The notes under the pieces were generated by a model. It was not told where the DNA came from. It did no database searches and worked only from the letters and a program-made list of their open reading frames with translations. Below, in pieces: positions 20,311 to 29,900 of a stretch of 64,000 nucleotides of DNA. The position numbers and the translations under genes were made by a program. The stretch is from an uncultured virus (IMG/VR IMGVR_UViG_3300025738_000003) (taxonomy: Duplodnaviria; Heunggongvirae; Uroviricota; Caudoviricetes). The stretch lies in IMG/VR virus record IMGVR_UViG_3300025738_000003, one strand, 5' to 3'. Every line of letters begins with the position of its first letter. Positions within the stretch are counted from its first letter, which is position 1.

Positions 20311-21242
20311 GCCCAAAAATCATTAATTATTCACACATTGCACAAATGGCATTTAACGTGCCTTTACTAGCGACTGCACAACTTGCTGATACGGTCACTT
20401 CCTTCTTACAGAATAAAATTGCGAGTTCTTCAATTGACCACATTGATAGCGGTCATCAAATGGCAGCAGGTAATATTGAAACTATTGAGCTTGGTAGCCC
20501 TGAACATGGCGAAAGCATCGCTGTTATTCCTGTTCATGGAATATTAGTGCCTCGTCGTTTTTCAATTGAAGCATGTGAAGAAATGATGAGTTATGAGTTG
20601 CTACGAACGCAATTAACAAAAGCGCTTAATGATGATGGGATCAGTGAAATTGTTCTTGATGTCAATTCTGGAGGCGGTAATGCACAAGGCGCTTTTGAAA
20701 TAGCTGAATATATTTATCAGTCGCGCAGTATTAAACCCATTCGTTGCATTGTTAATTTTAACGCTTTTTCAGGTGCTTATTTAATTGCTGCAGCTTGTTC
20801 TGAAATAATCGTTTCAGACACTAGTGGTGTTGGTTCAATTGGGGTTTACACAAAACGTTTAGATCTGACTCAATATTACCAAGATCAAGGTGTGAAAATT
20901 CACTCTTTTTATCGTGGAGCTCGTAAAATTGATTTCCATCCTGACACTGAGTTAAGCGAAGAAGAACGCAGTAATATTGAAAGCAACATGGAAAGCACCT
21001 ATCAAAAATTTATTAATGCGGTAGCCAAATATAGAGGTATGACAGCAGAGGCTGTTATAGCAACTGATGCAGATTGCTTTGAAGGGCAGAAAGGCATAGA
21101 GCTCGGCTTAGCAGATCGATTAGCAACGCCACAAGATGCTATCAATCAAATTACTCAGCATGTATTGGCAAATCAAACGCCAATACCAAAGCAAAGCATT
21201 TCAATCCAAGCAGCGCATATGCGTATGCAATCACAGCTCTAG
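20295..21242 (+). CDS. S49-family head maturation protease
   Basis: DVNSGGG, AFSGAY, GSIGV. Confidence 0.92.
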   Translation: MSNQLSPKIINYSHIAQMAFNVPLLATAQLADTVTSFLQNKIASSSIDHIDSGHQMAAGNIETIELGSPEHGESIAVIPVHGILVPRRFSIEACEEMMSYELLRTQLTKALNDDGISEIVLDVNSGGGNAQGAFEIAEYIYQSRSIKPIRCIVNFNAFSGAYLIAAACSEIIVSDTSGVGSIGVYTKRLDLTQYYQDQGVKIHSFYRGARKIDFHPDTELSEEERSNIESNMESTYQKFINAVAKYRGMTAEAVIATDADCFEGQKGIELGLADRLATPQDAINQITQHVLANQTPIPKQSISIQAAHMRMQSQL

Positions 21243-21315
21243 CCTCGCGGCAGAGTCAACCACAATAAGGTCGCATTGAGCGGCCTTTTTTTATACTTTA
21301 AATAAGGTAAACACC

Positions 21316-22596
21316 ATGCTAAAACGCATCGAAGAACTACGCCGCGATCAGGCAATGATTGCAGAAAAAGTACAAGTATTAGCAAGCAAAGAAAATAAAG
21401 GCGAGAAACTAAGCGCTGAAGATCTTGAGCAGTTTGCAAGCATGCAAACTAAGTTCGATGAATTAGGTGGTCAAATATCACGCGCAGAGCAAGCAGAAAA
21501 AATGGCTATTACTACCGCGAAGCCTGTAACAAGTGCAGTTAGTGCGGCTATTCATACAAAATCAGTAGCAAAAGATTACCCAGGAGCAAAACTAGCTCGC
21601 TTTGCTATGTCAATGGCAGCGGGTGAAAACGACTTAGTATTAGCTGAAAAATTTGCGGCTAATGAAATTGGTGATGCGGATGTTGCCTTGGCTATTTCTA
21701 CAGCAAGTAATTCGGGTGGCGCATTAGTTCCTGAAAATGTTGCTAATGACATTATTGAATTATTACGACCAAAATCAGTTGTTCGTACACTTGGAGCACA
21801 AACTGTTCCACTAGTTAATGGCAACTTAACAATGCCACGACTAGCAAGTGGCGCTAACTCAAGCTATAAGGGTGAAAATGCACCGCAAAACGCTGAAGGC
21901 GCTACGCTTGATGATGTGAAGTTAGCGGCTAAGACGCAAATGTCTATCGTGCCTATGTCCAACGAATTAATTGGACAAGCAGGTATTCGTGTTGAAGGTA
22001 TTTTCTTGAACGATATGATTAATGCAATCTCTAACCGTCAAGACAAAGCGTTTTTACGCGATGATGGTACGAGTGACACACCGACTGGCTTTAAAGCTAC
22101 AGCTGTTGCTGGTGGTCAAGTTGTTGCTTGGAGTGGTACAGCAGATTTAGCCACTATTGATGCTTATCTTGATACATTGATTTTAGGTTTGATGCAATCA
22201 GACTCGAACATGATCATGTGTGGTTGGGCATTATCACCGCGTTCATTCATGAAACTGCAAGGTTTGCGTGATGGTAATAATAATAAAGTTTACCCTGAAA
22301 TGGCTAATGGCTTCTTAAAAGGCTGGCCTATCAAACATACAACAAACATTCCTGTAAATCTTGGTACTGGCACCAACGAAACAGAAATCTATTTTGCTGA
22401 TTGGAACGATGTAATTATTGGTGAAACCGATGTTTACACCATCGACTTTAGCCGTGAAGCAACGTACAACGACTCAACAGGTACACTCGTTTCAGCTTAC
22501 TCACGCAATCAATCAGTACTTCGTGTTGTAACGGGTAATGATATTGGTTTCCGTCATTTAGAAGGCTTGCAACTAGGTACTAAAATTACTTGGTAA
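21316..22596 (+). CDS. Major capsid protein (HK97 fold)
   Basis: N-terminal coiled delta domain, GGALVPE, position. Confidence 0.93.
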   Translation: MLKRIEELRRDQAMIAEKVQVLASKENKGEKLSAEDLEQFASMQTKFDELGGQISRAEQAEKMAITTAKPVTSAVSAAIHTKSVAKDYPGAKLARFAMSMAAGENDLVLAEKFAANEIGDADVALAISTASNSGGALVPENVANDIIELLRPKSVVRTLGAQTVPLVNGNLTMPRLASGANSSYKGENAPQNAEGATLDDVKLAAKTQMSIVPMSNELIGQAGIRVEGIFLNDMINAISNRQDKAFLRDDGTSDTPTGFKATAVAGGQVVAWSGTADLATIDAYLDTLILGLMQSDSNMIMCGWALSPRSFMKLQGLRDGNNNKVYPEMANGFLKGWPIKHTTNIPVNLGTGTNETEIYFADWNDVIIGETDVYTIDFSREATYNDSTGTLVSAYSRNQSVLRVVTGNDIGFRHLEGLQLGTKITW

Positions 22597-22672
22597 GCAG
22601 TATTTAACCCTGACATTCATTTAATAGTTACACCACTGAATTAACTAAAGTGGTGTAACTAGGGAAAATTTC

Positions 22673-22996
22673 ATGAACAAAAAACAATTAATTGAAGCTA
22701 TCTTGCTTCTTGCTACAGCCTTAGATAAAGAAGTCATCACAAAAGATCTCGATGTAGACGCACTTAATATTCTTCATGATGAACTTGTTGAAGAAAAAAA
22801 GACTCTAGATGAATCTTTAGTTGAAAACGAATCGAAAGAGTCATTATCAAAACAAGAAAAAGTTGTGCTGAAGTTTATTGCACCACACAAGCGATATGCT
22901 AATGGTGATGTTGCAGGGTTTGATGCAGATGCTGCAAAAGATATCTTAGCGCTAAAGCCTGCGGTTGCTAAACCATACCAAGAAGAAAAAGAGTAG
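22673..22996 (+). CDS. Capsid-associated hypothetical protein
   Basis: Follows MCP; C-terminal YANGDVAGF. Confidence 0.6.
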   Translation: MNKKQLIEAILLLATALDKEVITKDLDVDALNILHDELVEEKKTLDESLVENESKESLSKQEKVVLKFIAPHKRYANGDVAGFDADAAKDILALKPAVAKPYQEEKE

Positions 22997-23067
22997 TTAA
23001 CACTGCTAAATAGTAAAACGAAAAGCCAGTATTAGCTGGCTTTTTCCCTTATTACAAAGGTTTTATC

Positions 23068-23409
23068 ATGCCAATAGTTTCATTAGAAGCTGCAAAAGAA
23101 CAATTAAACGTGACTGAAAGTGACGATGACTTGCTTATCGCAACGTTTACTAGTGCTGCTATCGGCATGGTTGAACACGCAATTCAGCGTGACTTGTATG
23201 AAACAAAAGCTGAAGTACCGGTTGATGCTGTTAACGCTATTGTTTTTGAAGATCTTAAGAAGTCAAAACAAGCAGCATTACAAGCCGCGATAATGTTAGC
23301 GCTATCTACACTTTACACGTATCGCGAATCAGATCTAGATGTCGATTTATCAGAAAATCCAGCGTTTAAGGCTTGTTTGTCTGGTTTTAGTGAAGTGGTG
23401 GTTGGCTAG
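23068..23409 (+). CDS. Head-tail connector (gp6-like)
   Basis: VSLEAAKEQL...DDDLLI...YRE. Confidence 0.88.
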   Translation: MPIVSLEAAKEQLNVTESDDDLLIATFTSAAIGMVEHAIQRDLYETKAEVPVDAVNAIVFEDLKKSKQAALQAAIMLALSTLYTYRESDLDVDLSENPAFKACLSGFSEVVVG

Positions 23410-23729
23410 TGGCGTTAAAATCTGGCGAATTACGCAACAAAATAACCTTCTTACAACGTACTAAGGTTGATGGGAAATACGGTAAAGAAGAAGAGTGGCT
23501 ACCACTTAAAACTGTACGCGCCAAAGTCACGCAGCCGAAAACCGATGAAAGTGACAGTGACCATGGTAAAAGCCGTAAAGTTAAGTTAATCATTTTTATC
23601 CGCTACACAAAGAACGTCAGTGAAGATAATCGTTTGATCTTCAACGGCACTGAATTTGATATTACCAGTTGCCGTGATTTACTCGGTACCCGTAAAGAAT
23701 TAATTATTGATGCAGAAAAGCGAAGCTAA
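23409..23729 (+). CDS. Head closure protein
   Basis: GELRNKITF...IRY. Confidence 0.85.
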   Translation: MALKSGELRNKITFLQRTKVDGKYGKEEEWLPLKTVRAKVTQPKTDESDSDHGKSRKVKLIIFIRYTKNVSEDNRLIFNGTEFDITSCRDLLGTRKELIIDAEKRS

Positions 23730-23731
23730 TC

Positions 23732-24241
23732 ATGTTCTCATTAAATTTAGGCCATGAACTCAGTACATTGCTGAAAGAATTAAACGAACTTGAAGATTCA
23801 GTTAAGAATAAAGTTGTTCGATCCGGTTTAGTTGCGTTAAGTAAACCGCTAAAAAAATCTATGGCATCAAAGGCACCAAAGGATCAAGGCTATTTAGCAC
23901 AGAGCATAAATCATAAATCATTAAATAAACGCCAAAAATCACGGATGAACATTGCTGCAGATGATGTTGCTATTCTGGTTGGGCCTAATAAAAAAGTTAA
24001 CGGTTTTAGTCAATCAAGAAAAGCAAACCTAGTTGAAAATGGCGTAAAAGCCCATGTTATCCAATCAAATAATAAACCATTAAAAATTGGTCCTACGGGA
24101 TACGCTTCAGGAAAAATAAAACATCCTGGCATAAAAGCAAATCCCTTTATGGCTAATGCACTACAAGATAACGAAAGTAATTTACAAGGGTTGTTTTACA
24201 AAGGCATGGCTAAATCACTAGATAGGATCAGAGCGCAATGA
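23732..24241 (+). CDS. HK97 gp10-like neck protein
   Basis: APKDQGYL...LVENG...PFM. Confidence 0.85.
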   Translation: MFSLNLGHELSTLLKELNELEDSVKNKVVRSGLVALSKPLKKSMASKAPKDQGYLAQSINHKSLNKRQKSRMNIAADDVAILVGPNKKVNGFSQSRKANLVENGVKAHVIQSNNKPLKIGPTGYASGKIKHPGIKANPFMANALQDNESNLQGLFYKGMAKSLDRIRAQ

Positions 24242-24972
24242 GCTTACAAAAAATTATTGATCAATTAGCAACGGCCCCTGAATTCCAACAAGTCAGTGAA
24301 GCGGGTAGCGCATCTACCACCCCGCAAATTGACACTGAAGCATTATTAACAATCGTTTTGTCAGCAGTTACCTCAGACGTACATTCGTTAAAGTTACCTG
24401 AAAGCCCAAGTTACCCAAACATCGTTTACATGCTTGTTGGTGGTAAAAATCAATACTTTGAAAAGCACTTATTAACCCAAGTCGATACTTTTATTGTTTC
24501 ATTACGTGAAAAGTCACAGCAGCTACTCGCGGTTAAAGCAAAAGAATTGCTTACGGCCTTAGTGACAAGTTCATACGCCATTGAAATTATCGACAAACAA
24601 AAAGATTACGAACCTGATCGTGAATGTTATCGCTTAGATCTAGAAATTTCATTTACCGTTCCAGCCACAGGCGTTAACGCAGAAACCCCTGCCTTATTGG
24701 TTTATTGCGTAGGGGAAGATGGTGAAGAAAGTGATTATGACAACATAATTAAACAAAGAATAAATAGTGCTTATGGCATTGCCATTTTAACAGCAGGTAA
24801 TGATATTACAGCGCTTCAAGCAGTAGTAAGAAATAAGCTGCTTGGGTTTCAACAAACACCGCAGTACTTTGAAATGCAATTTGCGCGAGGTTCACCCCTA
24901 GAAAGTGAGGGAGGCTTGCGAATTTGGCGAGAAATCTATCAAGACTCGCACATGATTAAGCAATTCACATAA
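24238..24972 (+). CDS. Tail terminator-like protein
   Basis: Position before the tail tube; LPESPSYPNIVY. Confidence 0.6.
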   Translation: MSLQKIIDQLATAPEFQQVSEAGSASTTPQIDTEALLTIVLSAVTSDVHSLKLPESPSYPNIVYMLVGGKNQYFEKHLLTQVDTFIVSLREKSQQLLAVKAKELLTALVTSSYAIEIIDKQKDYEPDRECYRLDLEISFTVPATGVNAETPALLVYCVGEDGEESDYDNIIKQRINSAYGIAILTAGNDITALQAVVRNKLLGFQQTPQYFEMQFARGSPLESEGGLRIWREIYQDSHMIKQFT

Positions 24973-25034
24973 GCAAACCACATAAACCACCTTTGAGTGG
25001 TTTTTTTATACCTAAAAATTAACAAGGTGAACTC

Positions 25035-25184
25035 ATGAATACAGGCGGTAGCTTCGTAATTAAGGACGATAAACGCGTCCTAAAGGAACAAACCAAACCC
25101 CAAGCAACTCTGTTGCACAGTGAAAAAATAGCGGCAGCGAACCCTAAGTCTCCTGCCAAAACTAAGACAGCAGGAGATAAATAA
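25035..25184 (+). CDS. 49-aa small protein coupled to the tail tube gene (not in ORF track)
   Basis: AAGGTG RBS; MNTGGSFVIKD...; TAATG overlap. Confidence 0.6.
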   Translation: MNTGGSFVIKDDKRVLKEQTKPQATLLHSEKIAAANPKSPAKTKTAGDK

Positions 25185-26125
25185 TGAAATTTCGCGCAAA
25201 AACGCTTTTAGCGAAAATTGAAGCAGTCTACGGGACTGCAAGTGTATTAACAGGCGCTGAAGCCATGTTAACGAAGAACCTTACGATCAACCCCTATAGT
25301 GGTAATACTATTGGTCGAGATACTGATAGAGCAAGCTTAGGTAATACCGAGCAAATTAATACCAATCCTTTTGTTGAGATAACCTTTGATATTGAATTGG
25401 CGGGTGCCAAAACTGCAGGTAGTGCACCTGGTTACGGTTGCTTATTAAGATCGTCTGGTTTTAGTGAAACTATCAATGTTGGTACCGACGTTGTTTATCA
25501 ACCTGTATCGTCGGGTTATGAATCAGTAACTCTTGCCTATTTACGAAGAAACAATGCAGGCACTAATCAAATCCACGAAGTTAAAGGTGCGCGTGGTTCA
25601 TGCTCTTTCAGCTTATCTAAAGAGGGCATTCCAACCATTAGCTTTAAGTTTATTGGTTTTTATAAACGCCCTGCAGATGTTTCTGTTATCACTGCTGATC
25701 ATTCCGCTTTCGCAGATCCGCTACCAATTTCAAACACGCAAACATCGTTAACCATTGGCGCATATAGTCCCATCGCAGAAAGTATTTCTTTTGACATGTC
25801 GAGTGATGTAAAAGCGCGTAACGTAATAAATCAAAACGAAGTGATCGTTACCGACCGTAAGCCTACGGGCTCTACAAGTGTACAAGCACCAGATGTTACG
25901 ACTAAGAACTTCTTTGCTGAAGTTGAGAGCCATAACGGCATTACTCTGCAAGCCTTACAGCTTATTCATGGCACAACAGCAGGTAATATTGTCCAGATTG
26001 ATGCGCCTAAAGTTCAGTTAACCACCATTAGCGAACAAGACGGTGATGGTGAACTTCATTACAACTTAGGTTTATCGCTGGTACCAAATGCAGGTGATGA
26101 CGAGTTCATATTAACAATTAAGTAA
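25184..26125 (+). CDS. Major tail (tube) protein
   Basis: LLAKIEAVYG...GARGS...DDEFILT; position. Confidence 0.85.
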   Translation: MKFRAKTLLAKIEAVYGTASVLTGAEAMLTKNLTINPYSGNTIGRDTDRASLGNTEQINTNPFVEITFDIELAGAKTAGSAPGYGCLLRSSGFSETINVGTDVVYQPVSSGYESVTLAYLRRNNAGTNQIHEVKGARGSCSFSLSKEGIPTISFKFIGFYKRPADVSVITADHSAFADPLPISNTQTSLTIGAYSPIAESISFDMSSDVKARNVINQNEVIVTDRKPTGSTSVQAPDVTTKNFFAEVESHNGITLQALQLIHGTTAGNIVQIDAPKVQLTTISEQDGDGELHYNLGLSLVPNAGDDEFILTIK

Positions 26126-26227
26126 GGTTTAGGTTGGGCAGCGTGTTTAGCCGTGCGTTGTCTGACCGTTTAATTACTACGGCTAAAAATAATTTATTAA
26201 TTCTATTTACTAACGGCGAGAAAAAAC

Positions 26228-26581
26228 ATGTCTTTTAAAATTAAAGCAGTTACTAGCATCAAAGAAAAAATCATCATTCAAGAACCTAAAGACTTAGGCA
26301 GAAGCAATCAATGTGACATTGTTGTCGAGTTTAAAAAACTCCCAGTGTCAGAGACTAAGCAATTACTTGAAGATTCAGCGAAAGGCGACATGAACGACGA
26401 CCAGGTGCTGCATGAAAACATTATTAATATCGATGGGTTAGTTGATGATAACGGAACAAAAATAGAATACAGCAGTGACATTCTGCCAGAGCTGTTAGAG
26501 ATGGAATACGTTCGACGTCCATTAATCAAAAAGTTCATGGAAGTCATTGTTGGTCGCGAGGCATTAAAAGCAAAAAACTAA
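26228..26581 (+). CDS. Tail assembly chaperone (G)
   Basis: Ends in AKN with slippery A AAA AAC. Confidence 0.85.
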   Translation: MSFKIKAVTSIKEKIIIQEPKDLGRSNQCDIVVEFKKLPVSETKQLLEDSAKGDMNDDQVLHENIINIDGLVDDNGTKIEYSSDILPELLEMEYVRRPLIKKFMEVIVGREALKAKN

Positions 26582-26946
26582 TTGATCTCGGTAAGTATTT
26601 GGCTAGCTCCAACAGTGCTGAAATTACCGAGCAAGATTTAGAAGATGACAAGGATGTTATTCAGTTAAATGGCGATGCAGAAGCATTTTGGCAAAAACAA
26701 AGTCAACCAGACGAGTTTTTGCTGTGGGACGAAAACCACCCAGCTTACAACTTGTTTCAACAGTGTCAAACCCAGTGGAATGTCACCATGTCAGGCGTAA
26801 CAGGGCTAAATTATCCTGCTTTACAGTCAGTCATGGCGATGACCGCGGTACCAATAGAAAAAAAACCACTACTTTTTGAAGAGATTCGCTTTATTGAAAG
26901 CGGCTTTTTATCAGCAATCAGCGAGCAACGGAAAAAAAATGGCTAA
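26578..26946 (+). CDS. Tail chaperone T segment (-1 frameshift product)
   Basis: The -1 frame is open from 26578; TQW...GLNYPA motif. Confidence 0.8.
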   Translation, partial: LIDLGKYLASSNSAEITEQDLEDDKDVIQLNGDAEAFWQKQSQPDEFLLWDENHPAYNLFQQCQTQWNVTMSGVTGLNYPALQSVMAMTAVPIEKKPLLFEEIRFIESGFLSAISEQRKKNG

Positions 26947-29900
26947 AAATTATCAAGTTGGTTTGGTCATCAAGGGTAATGCTAAAGGTGGCGTATCTGC
27001 TGTAAAAGCAACTAAAGACGAACTAACCAAACTTAACACTAAACAGAAGCGCTTTCAGCAAGAGGCTACGACATCCAAAGCTTCAATTGGTGGAATGACT
27101 AAAGAGTTTGGCTTGTTAAAAGGGGTGGTTGCAGGTGTAAGTTTTGGCTTACTTGCTAATGAAGTTTACCGTGGTATTGATGCATTTCAGGGCTATAGAG
27201 GTCAGTTAAAAACAATAACAGGTGATTTTTCTTCAGCGGGTAAAGAGCTAGAGCGATTAATTGCCATTTCAAAAGAAACCCCTTTTACCTTAGCGCAATC
27301 GGTAGAGGGTTTTACCAAATTAACACATTTAGGGCTGGATCCCTCTCGTGAGTCTATGATCAGCTACGGTAATACTGCTGCTGCCATGGGCAAAGATTTA
27401 ATGCAAATGATTGAGGCGGTTGCTGATGCTTCAGTTGGTGAATTTGAACGCTTAAAAGAATTTGGTATTAAAGCGAGCTCACAAGGCGATAAGGTTCGTT
27501 TTACCTTTCAAGGTACCAGCACAGAAATCAAAAAAGATGCGGCTAGTATTCAGCAGTATTTAATCGACTTAGGTAATAACAAGTTTGGTGATGCTATGGG
27601 TGACCAAATGGGTCGCTTAAGCGCTAAAACTAGTAATTTGCAAACATCGTTTGCTCAGTTATATGACGGCATTGGAAGTCAAGGTGCTGCAAGCGGTATT
27701 GGTGGAACCATTGATACTATAGCTTTAGGTGTTGATGGCTTGTCTTCAAACTTACCTGCGGTAATTTCAGTTATTGAAACGTTGTCTGTAGTCGCTGGTG
27801 GGCACCTTGTTGCAGCCCTCGCTAAAAGTAGCAAAGGGATGTTAGATAATAAAATAGCTTCGTTAGGTAAGCTACAGGCAAACATCAAATTACAAGCAAG
27901 TGAGCTGATGTTAGCAAAGTCAGCAAATCATAAAGCTATTCAAGAACAACTAGCAGCCAAGCGATCTTTAACTATAGCAAAAACTACTTACGCCAGAACG
28001 AGAGCTCTTAATAATTTAGCGTTGGCCAACGGTAAAGCGGCAGCATCTGAGCGAATCCTTACTGTTGCTACTAATGCACACAATGTAGCCATGAATCGTG
28101 CAAGTGTAACAAGCCGATTACTTGGTGGCAGTATGGCGTTGTTAGGTGGACCAGTAGGCGTGGCAATGTTAGCCGGTTATGCACTTTATGAAATGGCCAG
28201 TGGCATGGATAGCGCAAAATCCTCTGCTGATAAGTTAAAAGAAAGCACTGATAAAGTAGTCTCTAGCATTGAAAACATGACTAGACGTCAACAAGAGTTA
28301 AAAGCCGCCAGTTATAAACGATTAATTGATGATAAAACTGCTGAAATAATAGCGCTTGGAAAACAAGCACAGCAACTTGAAGCAATGGATTCTCGGGGTA
28401 ATAATAAACGTTCTTCTGCTTTTTCTTCAGAAAAAAGGCAAGAAGCTGCAGAGCTAAGTGCGGAATTATCCGTATTACAAGAAGCTTACGGTAAGCTTCA
28501 GGAAAATTTGGTTGGTGTAAACCTCGAAAGTATAAAGTGGAGCGAATCTAGTGACAGCTCAACTAAATCAATTGCCTCGCTGTCAAAAGAAAGCCAGTCA
28601 CTAATCGATAGACTGAACCCATTAGCTCAAACTTCACGACAGTACGGGGAAGATATGAAGCAGCTGCATTCTTCATATTTATCGGGCTCTCTCAATATTC
28701 AAGAATATAAGCGGCATGTAGCATCGCTTGCAGCTGAATATAAAAACAGCACTAAATCTAAAGACGTTGAAATCAGTTCGGACCAAAAGTTTATAAATTC
28801 ACTCAAAGAAAAAATTCGCTTAAGTGGTATGGGTGAAGTCCAAAAGCAAGCCGAAATAAACTTAAGTAAATTATCAATAAATGCAACAGATGAGCAACGT
28901 CAAGAGGTTGAGAAATACACCAACGCTTTAGCCGATCAAAAAAACATTCAAGACGAAATCAATGCAGAGAATGACTTTTATCAAAATATGATAGCTGGTG
29001 CTAACGGTGTTGGTGAAGCATGGGCCAGTGCTGGTAATATTATCGTCGATACCTTTGGCAGTATTGGTCAGCAAATGGAAAACTTGTTTGTAGGTCAAGA
29101 AAAATACAATAAAGCCATTGAAATAAACCACCAAAAACAAAAGGTAGTGGGTGCTGATTTAAACAAGCTGAAAAAAGAAGAAGCCAAACTTGATTATGGC
29201 AACACCCAAGCCCAGCTAAATAGTTATTCATCCATCGCGGGTGCTGCCTCGAGTATGTTTAAAGAAAACTCGAAAGCTGCCAAAGCATTTCATGCTATTG
29301 AACAGGGGTTAGCCATTGCTTCATTAGCCATGTCTGTTAAAAAAATGTTGATGAGTTCAGCTGAAACAACTGCAGTGGTAGCGAATGAAACGGTTAAACA
29401 AGCCGCTTTAGGTACCACAGCAATCATTAATCAAGGACAAGGGGATCCGTACACTGCATGGGTACGTATTGCAGCCATGGTTGCTGTTGTTGCAGGCCTT
29501 GGTATTGCCACAAGCGGGAGTTCAGGCTCGGCACCAACTTCATCAGCAGAGCGCCAAGAAAATCAAGGTACCGGTACAGTACTTGGCAGTGATGATAAAT
29601 CCGCATCACTTATTAATAGCTTTGAACGCATTGAAGAGTTAGAGCTTGATAAATACGCAGAATTGCGTGAAATGAACAATAGCTTAAATGATTTAAACAA
29701 TAACATTACTCACCTAGCGACAAGTTTTGTCAGTAATTTTGGTAAGTTTGATGGGGCTGGTTATAGCGGTCAACTGGGCGAAACGTCAAAATATAATAGT
29801 AATGGTTTATTTGAAAAAATAGACAGTAAATTGGATGTTGTCTTTGGCAGTTTAGGCGGCGGTATCTTAGATAAAATTATTGGCGGCTTCTCATCCACGA

